DNA from: a virus
Lineage: Duplodnaviria > Caudoviricetes
Reading direction: 5' to 3' (one strand)
IMG/VR virus record: IMGVR_UViG_3300021960_000004
Location: 1-54,786 of that record
DNA length: 54,786 nucleotides
Shown: piece after piece, positions 9,094 through 18,900 of the stretch
Position numbering within the stretch: the stretch's first letter is position 1
How the letters are laid out: the number at the start of each line of letters is the position of its first letter
Made by a program: the position numbers and the translations under genes
The notes under the pieces: model-generated
What the model was told of the DNA's origin: nothing
The model's input: the letters and a program-made list of their open reading frames with translations, nothing else
The model's database searches: none

Positions 9094-9639
9094 ATGCCTA
9101 ACGAATCTAAAACACAAATCCTAGAACTATTCGGTACACTGGAGTGGGCAAAAGTATTTGAACACAATCGAGATCGTGCTGTTTGGAATGAAGAAAAAGA
9201 GGGTGAGTACAAAGTTACTATTATCTTAGACGAGGAGAACACTGAGAAGTTCAAGGCGTCTGGCTGTGGTAAGGTTTTAGTCGCAGTAGATGGAGGTAAT
9301 AAAGTTACCTTTGCTCGTCCACATAAGGGTAAGTTTGAGTGGCAAGGTGGTGCACCCAAAGTTGCCAACATTAAAGGACAACCTTGGGACTTTGAGACTG
9401 ACGGTTACATCGGTAACGGTTCTACTGGTCTCGTTAACGTATCCCTCTTCAATGCTAATGGACGCACAGGTTCACGCCTTGAGGCTGTTCAAGTAGTTGA
9501 CCATGTAGAGTTTGAGTCAGACGGTAATAGTGGACCCTCCTCTACCTTCAGAGACCTATCAAACCTTACGACTAAGACCGACATTAAACCTAAGAAGGCA
9601 GCACCAGTCGCTGTCGAAGACGACGCCATCCCTTTCTAG
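9094..9639 (+). CDS. Single-stranded DNA-binding protein (T7 gp2.5-like)
   Basis: Position after polymerase, IGNGS and RLEAVQVVD motifs, acidic C-terminus ending EDDAIPF; GAGGA RBS before ATG 9094. Confidence 0.8.
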   Translation: MPNESKTQILELFGTLEWAKVFEHNRDRAVWNEEKEGEYKVTIILDEENTEKFKASGCGKVLVAVDGGNKVTFARPHKGKFEWQGGAPKVANIKGQPWDFETDGYIGNGSTGLVNVSLFNANGRTGSRLEAVQVVDHVEFESDGNSGPSSTFRDLSNLTTKTDIKPKKAAPVAVEDDAIPF

Positions 9640-9656
9640 GTTTACTTTCTTTCTGC

Positions 9657-9670
9657 TGTGTGTGTGTGTG
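9657..9670. repeat. (TG)7 microsatellite
   Basis: tgtgtgtgtgtgtg in the SSB-exonuclease intergenic region. Confidence 0.85.
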
Positions 9671-9725
9671 CCAAAGCCCCTTCCCTTAGTTGGGTGGGGG
9701 CAACCAACCCTAAGAGGAACATAAG

Positions 9726-10610
9726 ATGAAAACAATAGACACCTTAGTAAGTGACATTGAGCAGACAATCTTCGGCTACAACGGTTGGGACAAAGCTCTT
9801 GGCGACTTCATGGCTAACAACATCTCCACTATGGCAGAACAACGGTTCGCTAAACCACAAGAGCCACGGGGTTACCTATCTCTGTCAGCCCTAGGCACAC
9901 AGTGTGAGCGGAAGTTGTGGTACAAGATCAACAAAACAAACTTAGCTGAGCCTCTTAATGCATCAACACTTCTCAAGTTCTTTTATGGTGACATCATCGA
10001 GGAGTTAGTACTTACGATAGCAGCTGTCTCAGGTCACAGTGTTACTGGTATGCAAGATCGTATGGACGTTCACGGTATTAAGGGACACAGAGACGCTGTC
10101 ATAGACGGTATGACGGTGGACGTTAAGTCAGCTTCACCTTACGCATTTAAGAAGTTCAAGGATGGCAACCTGCGTGATGACGATCCATTCGGTTACATCT
10201 CACAGCTGTCTTCCTACGTCTACGCTGCGAAGGATGACCCCCTTGTCACAAACAAAACCCAGGGCGCATTTTTAGTTATAGATAAAGTTAATGGAAATAT
10301 TTGCTTGGATATTTATGACTTCACGGAGGAGATGAAGGACAAAGAGAAAGAGGTAGCTCACCTAAAGTCTATGGTATCTCAGCAGGAGCCACCTGATAGA
10401 GCCTTCAAACCTGTTCCTCAGTCCCCTAAGAATCCAAAGGGGAACCAGAAGCTTAGCGTGGCCTGTTCCTACTGTGACTTCAAGAAAGAATGCTACCCTG
10501 AGCTTCGCAAGTTTATCTACAGCGACAAGCCCCTGTTCCTAACTAAGGTAGTAAAGAAACCAATGGTTGCAGAAGACTTGGAGTATAGCGGTGAGCTACA
10601 ACAAAACTAG
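9726..10610 (+). CDS. PD-(D/E)xK exonuclease, Cas4/RecB-like
   Basis: C.RKLWY, GH.D...DVKS nuclease motif, QL..Y, C-terminal CSYC-x5-C (four-Cys cluster pattern). Confidence 0.85.
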   Translation: MKTIDTLVSDIEQTIFGYNGWDKALGDFMANNISTMAEQRFAKPQEPRGYLSLSALGTQCERKLWYKINKTNLAEPLNASTLLKFFYGDIIEELVLTIAAVSGHSVTGMQDRMDVHGIKGHRDAVIDGMTVDVKSASPYAFKKFKDGNLRDDDPFGYISQLSSYVYAAKDDPLVTNKTQGAFLVIDKVNGNICLDIYDFTEEMKDKEKEVAHLKSMVSQQEPPDRAFKPVPQSPKNPKGNQKLSVACSYCDFKKECYPELRKFIYSDKPLFLTKVVKKPMVAEDLEYSGELQQN

Positions 10611-10998
10611 GCGAAGAGCCTTACAAGCAGGTTATCGTTCCGGTTTGGAAGAGGACACTGCGGAGTTCCTTCGCACTAAGAATGTAGAGTTTACATACGA
10701 GAAGGAGAAGATACGTTGGCTAGACATGAAGTACAGAACCTACACTCCCGACTTTGTACTAGCTAACGGCATCATAATAGAAACCAAAGGACGGTTTGTT
10801 TCAAATGACAGACGCAAACACAAGGAAATAAAAGATCAGTACCCAGACTTAGATATAAGGTTCGTCTTTAGTAACAGCAATCAGAAGTTATATAAAGGTG
10901 CGAAGAGTTCTTACGGTGACTGGTGTAAGAAGAACGGCTTCAAGTACGCAGACAAACTAATACCAGACGAATGGTTAGAGGAAATCAAAGATGACTGA
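10567..10998 (+). CDS. Endonuclease I / Holliday junction resolvase (T7 gp3-like); true start probably GTG 10591
   Basis: YRSGLE, YTPDF, IIIETKG, DIRFVF, W-C-x-K-x-GF. Confidence 0.92.
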   Translation: MQKTWSIAVSYNKTRRRALQAGYRSGLEEDTAEFLRTKNVEFTYEKEKIRWLDMKYRTYTPDFVLANGIIIETKGRFVSNDRRKHKEIKDQYPDLDIRFVFSNSNQKLYKGAKSSYGDWCKKNGFKYADKLIPDEWLEEIKDD

Positions 10999-11266
10999 AC
11001 CCTTTAGAGGCAGAGTAGAGATACTCCAAGTTATACGTGGCCCTTACGACGACGAGGATGGGCATATATGGAACCTGTGTTTGGCAAGACACTGCTCAAC
11101 TAATGAACAGTTTGAAGAGGAGTACTACTACACGTCAATGAAAGATGCTATGGATGATGTAGACAGACTACACAAGACAGGTCCATTCTTAATTGATGAG
11201 TTAGGTAACACCGAACAAGATCACATGAACAAGATGACTAGGAAGGTTTTAGAGTATGTCGAATAA
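10991..11266 (+). CDS. Hypothetical protein
   Basis: GAGG RBS, overlapping starts and stops with neighbours. Confidence 0.7.
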   Translation: MTEPFRGRVEILQVIRGPYDDEDGHIWNLCLARHCSTNEQFEEEYYYTSMKDAMDDVDRLHKTGPFLIDELGNTEQDHMNKMTRKVLEYVE

Positions 11267-12032
11267 AACAGCAGTCGTATTCAGTTGTGCACATACAGAT
11301 CCAAACATACCTAATGATAGGTTTGATCTACTAGGTGAACTGATCTACGACATTAACCCTAGCTATGTTATCGACCTTGGTGACGGTGCAGACATGAAGT
11401 CACTAAATAGTTTTGACACTAGGTACCCTGAGGCCATCGTGTCACAGAACTATGGTCAGGACATTGAGCATTACAACGATGCAATGGAACGCTTAAGAAA
11501 GAAACCCAGTATAAGGAAATACAAGAAACCCTTTTGGATTGGGTTTGAAGGTAACCACGAAAATAGAATTAAGAAAGCTATCGCTCATGACCCAAGACTT
11601 AAGGGAGACAAATACGGGATATCCTTCGGGCATCTTCAAACGGACCACTGGTTCGACGAGTACCACGAATACCAAAACTCGGCACCAGCAATCGCTGACT
11701 ACGATGGTGTCTCATACGCTCACTTCTTTTCTAGTGGTAACTTTGGGTCAGCTATGTCTGGCATTCACCATGGTTACGGACTACTCCAAAGTAGAAACCA
11801 TTCTTCTACTTGTGGTCATAGTCACAAGCGTTCTATCTATTTCAAGGACTCTGCTCACCCTAACTCGATTATCGGCTTGGTCGCAGGGTGCTTCAAAGGC
11901 GGAGCAGAAGGCTGGGCTGGACAGTCTAATCTAGAGTGGTGGAAAGGTTGCATCATTAAAAGAGAGATAGCCAACGGTGTTTACGAACCAGAGTTTGTAT
12001 CTCTTGATAGGTTGAGAAAAGAATATGGTTGA
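11256..12032 (+). CDS. Calcineurin-like metallophosphoesterase
   Basis: SCAH (Cys at the usual DxH Asp), LGDGAD, GNHE, H, GHSH motifs. Confidence 0.85.
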   Translation: MSNKTAVVFSCAHTDPNIPNDRFDLLGELIYDINPSYVIDLGDGADMKSLNSFDTRYPEAIVSQNYGQDIEHYNDAMERLRKKPSIRKYKKPFWIGFEGNHENRIKKAIAHDPRLKGDKYGISFGHLQTDHWFDEYHEYQNSAPAIADYDGVSYAHFFSSGNFGSAMSGIHHGYGLLQSRNHSSTCGHSHKRSIYFKDSAHPNSIIGLVAGCFKGGAEGWAGQSNLEWWKGCIIKREIANGVYEPEFVSLDRLRKEYG

Positions 12033-12056
12033 CCTGAGGCATGTAACCGATATAAC
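12029..12056 (+). promoter_or_regulatory. Putative promoter for the nucleotide-metabolism cluster
   Basis: TTGACC-N16-TATAAC. Confidence 0.55.
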
Positions 12057-12070
12057 TAGGGGTTCTGTCA

Positions 12071-12238
12071 ATGCGATTTGAAGCTAGACTAATTCTAGAC
12101 GTTGACCCAGAAGCTAACTTCTTAGAGGTTGACTACGGAGAAAACTGCAGAGTAATAGACGAGTTACTGCAGGACTTGGTATACGATACGGATGACATCG
12201 AGGTTGTCCTTTGTGATGTAAGTACATATGATCAGTAA
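12071..12238 (+). CDS. Small acidic hypothetical protein (55 aa, not in ORF track)
   Basis: MRFEARLILDVDPEANFLE...STYDQ*; fills the gap after the promoter. Confidence 0.7.
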   Translation: MRFEARLILDVDPEANFLEVDYGENCRVIDELLQDLVYDTDDIEVVLCDVSTYDQ

Positions 12239-12249
12239 GGAAATGAAGT

Positions 12250-12723
12250 ATGATAACCCAAGAAGACATTGAAGCTTTTTTACCACCAACACCAGAGGAG
12301 TGCTTAGAAGAGTTCATCTTAATCTTTAAGGCCTCCCTTGACCCCAGACTATGGGTTAACCTTATTAAAGAAGAGTACAATGAACTTGAAGCTGAGAAGG
12401 CTGGAACAGTAGACCACCTCAAAGAGGCAGCAGACTTGATGTATGTCCTAGAAGGGTTCCGATTAGTATCCCCAAACTACTTGGACCTATTGATCTCTGA
12501 CGATGAGCTGGAGGATATAAACAATCTGCTTGAGAGTGCCGATAAGGCAATAGAATCTGCTGAAGGTTTCTACGGACACAACACAGTGTACGATGCATTT
12601 CTTTTAGTACACGATAGTAACATGTCCAAGCTAGACGATGACGATAAGCCAATCTTTAGGTCTGACGGAAAGGTTCTTAAGGGACCAAACTACAGGGCAC
12701 CTAACTTAACATACTTACTTTAA
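12250..12723 (+). CDS. MazG-like / dimeric dUTPase-fold NTP pyrophosphohydrolase
   Basis: LIKEEYNE, LKEAADLMYV, VHDSNMSKL, DGKVLKGPNY. Confidence 0.85.
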   Translation: MITQEDIEAFLPPTPEECLEEFILIFKASLDPRLWVNLIKEEYNELEAEKAGTVDHLKEAADLMYVLEGFRLVSPNYLDLLISDDELEDINNLLESADKAIESAEGFYGHNTVYDAFLLVHDSNMSKLDDDDKPIFRSDGKVLKGPNYRAPNLTYLL

Positions 12724-12738
12724 AGGACACAACGCACA

Positions 12739-14634
12739 ATGAGTAACCAATTACCCACCGACTACCAATCGTTTATCCACAAGTCACGGTACGCTAAGTA
12801 CTATGATGGCTCAGGCCGTGAGTCTTGGGACGACACAGTAACCCGCTTCTCTGTCAACATCATTCGTGATCTGGTAGACCCTAACACCAAGTACAAACTC
12901 GAACAAGCTATCCTTGGGTTAGAAATTATGCCATCTATGCGTGGCCTTATGACTGCAGGTCCAGCAGCTGAGCGGGATAACACTTGCATGTACAACTGCA
13001 GCTACCTACCTGTAGACGACCTCAAGTCATTCGACGAGGCTATGTTTATCCTGCTCTGTGGTACTGGTGTTGGCTTTAGTGTAGAGCGGCAGTTCGTCAG
13101 CAAGCTTCCAGAGGTGCCTCAACTCTTCGATAGTGAGACCAACATCGTCGTCAAGGACAGTAAGGAGGGGTGGGCTAAGTCTTTCCGTCAATTGATTGCA
13201 CTCCTATACAGTGGTGAGATCCCTACTTGGGATGTGTCAAAGGTACGACCAGCTGGTGCACCCTTGAAGACCTTTGGTGGTCGGGCGTCAGGTCCAGCAC
13301 CCTTGGTTGATTTGTTTAACTTCACTATCAAAACATTCAAGGATGCTCAAGGACGTAAGCTTTCTTCCGTTGAGTGTCACGATGTTATGTGTAAGATTGG
13401 TGAGGTGGTAGTCGTAGGTGGAGTGCGCCGTAGTGCCATGATCTCACTGTCTAACCTGAGTGATGACCGTATGCGTCACGCTAAGTCTGGTGAGTGGTGG
13501 AAGACTAACCCGCAACGTGCACTCGCAAACAACTCTGTGTCCTACACTGAGAAACCAGACAGTGTGTCTTTCATGAGGGAGTGGATGTCACTAGTTGAGT
13601 CAGGGTCTGGTGAGCGTGGTATCTTCAATAGGCAAGCCTCTAAGAACCAAGCTGCCAAGAACGGACGCCGTGACTCTAACTATGAATTCGGTACAAACCC
13701 TTGTTCTGAAATAATTTTAAGGCCCAATCAGTTTTGTAACTTAACGGAAGTTGTTGTACGTGCGACTGATACCCTAGAGACCTTGTCTGAGAAGGTACGT
13801 CTTGCTACGATACTGGGTACGATCCAGTCTAGCTTTACTAAGTTCCCGTACCTCCGTAAGATCTGGCAGAAGAACACTGAGGAGGAGCGTCTACTTGGTG
13901 TGTCACTGACAGGAATTATGGACAACCCACTAATGACCCTCAAGAATAAAGGACTGGAGAAAACACTTGAGCATCTTAAGTCTATCGCCGTTTCTACTAA
14001 TGCTGAGTGGGCTGAACGCCTTGGTCTGCCTGTCTCTGCTGCTATCACATGTGTTAAACCTTCCGGTACGGTATCACAGCTGGTTGATTCCGCCTCTGGT
14101 ATTCATGCTCGTCACTCACCCTATTACATTCGTACTGTACGTGGTGACAACAAAGATCCTCTAACACAGTTCATGAAGGACCAAGGTATTCCACATGAGC
14201 CTGAGGCATTTAAACCAGATCAGACAACCGTGTTTAGCTTTCCTATGAAGGCTCCGTCTGGTGCTGTGTGTACTGCCGATATGCCTGCCATTGACCAGCT
14301 GGAGATGTGGTTGGCTTATCAAAGGTCATGGTCAGAGCATAAGCCTAGCGTTACTATCAACGTAAAGAATGACGAATGGTTTGAAGTAGGTGCATTTGTG
14401 TACAAGAACTTTGACGAGATGTCAGGTGTGTCATTCCTACCTTACGACGAACACACGTACCAACAGGCTCCTTATCAAGAGTGCGACAAGAAAGCCTATA
14501 AAGAACTGCTAAGTGTGATGCCTAAGTCTATCAACTGGTCTAAGCTATCGGAGTATGAGAGCGAGGATAACACAGCAGGTAGTCAGACCTTAGCTTGTTC
14601 TGGGGATAGCTGCGAGATCGTAGACCTAGTGTAA
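12739..14634 (+). CDS. nrdJ: Class II (adenosylcobalamin-dependent) ribonucleotide reductase
   Basis: PSMR, YNC, GGVRRSA, active-site TNPCSE, TCVKPSGT, EHKPS, C-terminal redox pair AC...SC; no beta subunit gene present. Confidence 0.93.
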   Translation: MSNQLPTDYQSFIHKSRYAKYYDGSGRESWDDTVTRFSVNIIRDLVDPNTKYKLEQAILGLEIMPSMRGLMTAGPAAERDNTCMYNCSYLPVDDLKSFDEAMFILLCGTGVGFSVERQFVSKLPEVPQLFDSETNIVVKDSKEGWAKSFRQLIALLYSGEIPTWDVSKVRPAGAPLKTFGGRASGPAPLVDLFNFTIKTFKDAQGRKLSSVECHDVMCKIGEVVVVGGVRRSAMISLSNLSDDRMRHAKSGEWWKTNPQRALANNSVSYTEKPDSVSFMREWMSLVESGSGERGIFNRQASKNQAAKNGRRDSNYEFGTNPCSEIILRPNQFCNLTEVVVRATDTLETLSEKVRLATILGTIQSSFTKFPYLRKIWQKNTEEERLLGVSLTGIMDNPLMTLKNKGLEKTLEHLKSIAVSTNAEWAERLGLPVSAAITCVKPSGTVSQLVDSASGIHARHSPYYIRTVRGDNKDPLTQFMKDQGIPHEPEAFKPDQTTVFSFPMKAPSGAVCTADMPAIDQLEMWLAYQRSWSEHKPSVTINVKNDEWFEVGAFVYKNFDEMSGVSFLPYDEHTYQQAPYQECDKKAYKELLSVMPKSINWSKLSEYESEDNTAGSQTLACSGDSCEIVDLV

Positions 14635-14685
14635 CCAACTCACCTAAGCAAGTGTCTAAACTGCTTATTACCTTAAGGAGAACTT

Positions 14686-14922
14686 ATGTACACTATCATC
14701 ACCAGAGAACAATGTAACTTCTGTGATTCAGCTAAGGCCTTACTAAAAGGAAGGGGATACCCTTACACAGAGTACAACGTGCATTCCCAAAGCTCAAGGT
14801 GGGTCTTAACCTTAATCAAGAGGGCCAGTCTTACCACAGTTCCTCAGATCTTTTCACCCAATGGTAATTACATCGGCGGTTACACTCAGCTTAAAGAACT
14901 ACTGGAAAAGGAACAACGTTAA
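14686..14922 (+). CDS. Glutaredoxin
   Basis: CNFC active site, TVPQIF, YIGGY; follows RNR. Confidence 0.92.
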   Translation: MYTIITREQCNFCDSAKALLKGRGYPYTEYNVHSQSSRWVLTLIKRASLTTVPQIFSPNGNYIGGYTQLKELLEKEQR

Positions 14923-15626
14923 TGGAAGACTTTCCAGAGAAGCCAAAGAAGACAAGACGTAAGACCAACTATAAAAATGCAGCTAATAAGACAACGTCTG
15001 GTTTACTACCTAGGACCACCAATCAAAAGCTTCTCATTGATTCTCTGAGGGAGAACAAACAAGTCTTTATCTTAGGGCCAGCTGGAACGGGTAAGACCTA
15101 CATCGCCGCCACCTTTGCAGCTGACCTGTACACCCTAAAAGAGATTGACAAGATCGTAATCACCAGACCTCACGTAGCCGTGGGTAAAGATATGGGTTAC
15201 CTGCCAGGAACACTTGAGGAGAAGACCTACCCTTGGGCATTACCAGTTCTTGATGTCCTTATTAAACACCTAGGTAAGGGTGCCGTTGAGACAGGCATTA
15301 AGAATGGAAACATTGAGATGGCACCTCTAGCTTTAATGAGGGGTAGAAGCTTTGACAACTCATTCATTATCGTAGACGAGTCTCAGAACATTACCACTCA
15401 CGAACTAAAAATGCTATTGACTAGGGTAGGAGAAGGTAGTACTATTGTTCTCAACGGTGACGCTCAGCAGTCTGACCTCAAGGAGGCTGACGGTCTGTCC
15501 AAAGTAATACACTTAGCTAAGAAGTACATGCTTCCTGTACCAGTAGTTGAGTTTGGTGTAGACGATATTGTAAGATCTGACATCTGTGCACAGTGGGTGA
15601 AGGTCTTTATGAAAGAGAGTATATAG
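14922..15626 (+). CDS. phoH: PhoH family ATPase
   Basis: GPAGTGKT, GYLPG, MRGRSF, DESQN, TRVG, GD..QSD. Confidence 0.95.
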   Translation: MEDFPEKPKKTRRKTNYKNAANKTTSGLLPRTTNQKLLIDSLRENKQVFILGPAGTGKTYIAATFAADLYTLKEIDKIVITRPHVAVGKDMGYLPGTLEEKTYPWALPVLDVLIKHLGKGAVETGIKNGNIEMAPLALMRGRSFDNSFIIVDESQNITTHELKMLLTRVGEGSTIVLNGDAQQSDLKEADGLSKVIHLAKKYMLPVPVVEFGVDDIVRSDICAQWVKVFMKESI

Positions 15627-15889
15627 TGAAGCCCATGACAGCTACTAACTCAAAGAGGCCCAGAGGTAGGCCACCCAAAAAGAAAACCCTTGAGCAAGAA
15701 GCCCAAGAGTTCTACCTCACTAAAGAAGTAAACGTTATTCCCCCTGGGCAAGTCCAGACTGGGGATTACTTTGCTGGATGCGCTCTGTCTGGTTTGATTG
15801 CATCTGGCAAGTTTCTACGGTCTGACGAGATTGTAGAAGAAGCTTACAGGTATCGAGACTTGATGCTTGAGGCCAACGATAAGAAATGA
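15626..15889 (+). CDS. Hypothetical protein with AT-hook-like motif (start GTG 15626 or ATG 15635)
   Basis: KRPRGRPPKK followed by a DYFAG.AL.GL...AY...D.ML segment. Confidence 0.65.
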   Translation: MKPMTATNSKRPRGRPPKKKTLEQEAQEFYLTKEVNVIPPGQVQTGDYFAGCALSGLIASGKFLRSDEIVEEAYRYRDLMLEANDKK

Positions 15890-15901
15890 TACTTCAAACT
15901 A

Positions 15902-15935
15902 AACCCCCAGTTACTAGCTGGGGGTTCTTTCTTTT
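15902..15935. terminator. Intrinsic terminator between the two converging genome arms (probably bidirectional)
   Basis: AACCCCCAG-ttactag-CTGGGGGTT stem followed by TCTTTCTTTT; A-rich on the 5' side. Confidence 0.85.
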
Positions 15936-18900
15936 AGTCCGTCTCCTCAGATCCTAGGAACTGTTGAGGGAAGATGGCCTTGTCAAAGTCGTAGTTATCC
16001 TCTGCGTACCTGATTACCCTTCTCCTACGGGCTAGCTCTTCTTCAACGCTTGACGAGTCGCCTAGGTAGTCCCTTGCGGATTTGTACTTTACGTCCTCGT
16101 CCTGAGTCATCAGGGACACTAGTTCATCAAAGTTTCTACCACTACTTGACTCAAGTAATTTCTCAGTCAGTACGTACTGGTTTCGTAGGAAACCTGCAGC
16201 CCTTTTTCTACCTGTGTTTGATTCAAGCATAGTCTCAAATGCATCTGTCATAAGGTCTTGTGCATTTGAGACTCTATGATTTACAAAATCCTGTAGTGCC
16301 ATCTTCTTCAGTGTGTAATCATCACCCAATTCATCGTATGTTCTACCAGCGTACTCTGTCCTGTTGTTCAACTGCCAGTTTGCCTTCCAAGATTTAAACT
16401 CTTCTGCCATAGTGGGAACACCAGGCATACCTCTGGCTAGAAGTTTTCTAACTGTGTAGTCGAGAGTGGCATTCTTTGTCTTAGTATTCCCATACAGTTT
16501 GTATTCCTCAAGCCCAAGGAGTGTCATCTCCTTTTGTATGTCGGTACTAGGGGGTTCTTGGGTAAAGCCAAGCTGCCTTGTTATGGGGTTGTACCCACCT
16601 ACAGGTGTTGGGTTAAACGGCGAGTAAAGCTTTAGGTCTTCACCGTCAGAGTCCCTACGTGTTTGAGTAAGGGCTACACCCTTCATATCCATTACAAAAC
16701 GTAAGGCCTGATTTCTGAGGATACCTTCTCCTACAACGTCTTCTAGAAAGTTTCTTTCACCCGTAAGTGGATTACCCTTAACGTCCCTCACGTAAGGATT
16801 ACCTCTTGCGAAGTCAGATAACTGTGCTGCGACATCTCTTGCCATAGTTTGAGGGTACGTAAAGGTAGCCACAATGTTGCCTAGTCCCTTAAGGGCAGCC
16901 TCATTAAACTCACCATCCTTGATAGACGCCGCAAGGTCACCCACAAGATCTATATCAAAGCCTAAGTCTCCCATACCTGCCAGTACTTCGCTGGCGTTCT
17001 TAGCAAATGCCTCACCGCTGATTGGTAGTGGCTCATTGCCAAACAACCCAGACCGCCAGACTAGGTCACCTATTAGGAGGTTAGCCGCCCAAGGACCAGC
17101 TGTTCTACCTACGTCCACCTCGGCACCAGTAGCTGTGACAATCTTGTCGTAGTCTATTTCACCATTCTTTTGAGCAGCAATTACGACACCACCTATAGTA
17201 ATCATAGCCCCTGTCATTTGTCTGGCTACTCTATCTTTACCTGTCTTAAACTGGTCACCCAAGTACGATACTGACTTAGCGTCCTGTTTGTATAAACGCT
17301 TCTCCAGTTGGTCTAGACCACCAGTCGCTATACCTATGGGCGTGTAGTCGTTTATGTATTCCAAGTGGTTCGCTACATACCTAGGGAACGGAATGTTTAG
17401 ACCTCCAGAAATAACAAACGGAAACTTCCTGTGAGCCTGCTGGAGTCCAACAGCACCCCTACCAAATAGAGACTTATCTCCCTCGTACCCACGTTGAAAT
17501 GTAAAACGTTTAGCGTAGTCCGTTGCGTAGTCTACCACACCCGCAGACCTAGCAGCCTCAAGGTCAGTATGCTTTGATAGGTAATCAGAAAAGTTTGTTC
17601 CTAGGTTTGGATCATTCAGTTCCCTCAGCCTCCTGTCAAATGCCCCATAGAAAGAACCCTGCTTGAAGACAGCATCGGTTGCCATGTTAAGGGTGTTCAC
17701 AAACCTAGCGGATCTATTTAGAAAGCTGTCTGATTTAGTTAGGTCACCCACCCTCTGCGTCTCATAGAATAACTCAGTGAACTTAAGAGGGGCATCCTCA
17801 AGGAGCATAGACCCAAGGACTTCTGATTCTTTTCTATTGACTGTAAAGCTTTTTAAAACTGAGAGGGTACCGCCAGTCCACCCTCTCTGCACTGAACCGT
17901 CTGGCATCTTAGTACCTACAGTACTGTTCAAGACATCCTTCCAGAAAGAGTCGGACATGTCAGCTACGACATTGTAACCACCCGTTGCAACGTTTGCAGC
18001 TGTAGTGCCTACTTGAGAGGTCATGAAAGCAATTCTAGTTTGGTCTAAGTTTTGCAAGAGGCTATAAGCACCACCCCTCTCCAACCTACTAAATATTTCT
18101 GTAGCCTCGTTCCCTGTGAAGACGGAAGCACCCTTACTTGCTAGGATGTCTAGCTCTTGGGTCATAGCCTTCTTAAGCTTAGAACCTTCGGCAAGGACTT
18201 TACCAGCCTTAGACAACTCAGCTAACCAAAGGTAAGACATTTCTTCAGAGGAAAGATTAAACTCTCTACGGATGTTTGTTAGTTGCTCTGCCTGTACAGA
18301 TCCATCAGAGATACCTCGAGCTACTGCAGAACTGACACGCTCCCCAGGTCTTAGCTTCAGAGTCTCCTTTAACTTCAGACTAGCCGCAGCAATACCTCTG
18401 ACTGTGTTCATGTCTAGACCAGGGGCGATCAACTCGTTAGCTCTTTCGTCTAGCATACGGCTGAAGATCATCTCACCTTCTTTAACTGCGTCTTTGCTCA
18501 AAGGGTCCAGTGTCTTACCTGTTTCTCTTGCTCGGAACATCTGAGCTAGGTCCACGATATCACTCATAGTGTCGTTGATCTGTTCATCTGAAAGACCACT
18601 AGAGGTTATTGAATCCATAGCTGCTTTTGCATTTGCTTTAGCGGTATCACTAGCCTTCTTGGCTTGATCAACTAGAATGTCAGCAGCTTTATTTCTGGAT
18701 GACTGTGTCCAAGCACCGCCGAACCCACCAACAACCGCACCTAGAGTGCCATCTATTGTAGCGTCAATAGCCAAGTCACCAACGGTGTAGTCGTATCCTT
18801 CAATAACAGCTTCCCTTGTCTCACCCCTACCATAAGAGGCTACACCCCCTACAGCAGCTTCCCCAGCAAAAGAAATGCCTGCAGCCTTGAGGCCTTCCTT

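Noticed and set aside
9726-10610. Cas4-like gene as part of a CRISPR system
   Set aside because: No repeat-spacer array or other cas genes; it sits in the replication module as a stand-alone phage exonuclease
12724-12738. Cobalamin riboswitch upstream of nrdJ
   Set aside because: Only 15 bp intergenic; no room or B12-box visible
5465-14634. Inteins or introns in helicase, polymerase or RNR
   Set aside because: Protein lengths are ordinary and conserved motifs are contiguous; no splicing motifs or homing endonuclease seen
3812-15626. Hypermodified-base pathway (dZ, 7-deazaguanine, hmC/hmU) to explain the odd polymerase pocket
   Set aside because: No purZ, queuosine-pathway/dpdA, hydroxymethylase or glycosyltransferase genes recognisable; only a C5 methyltransferase
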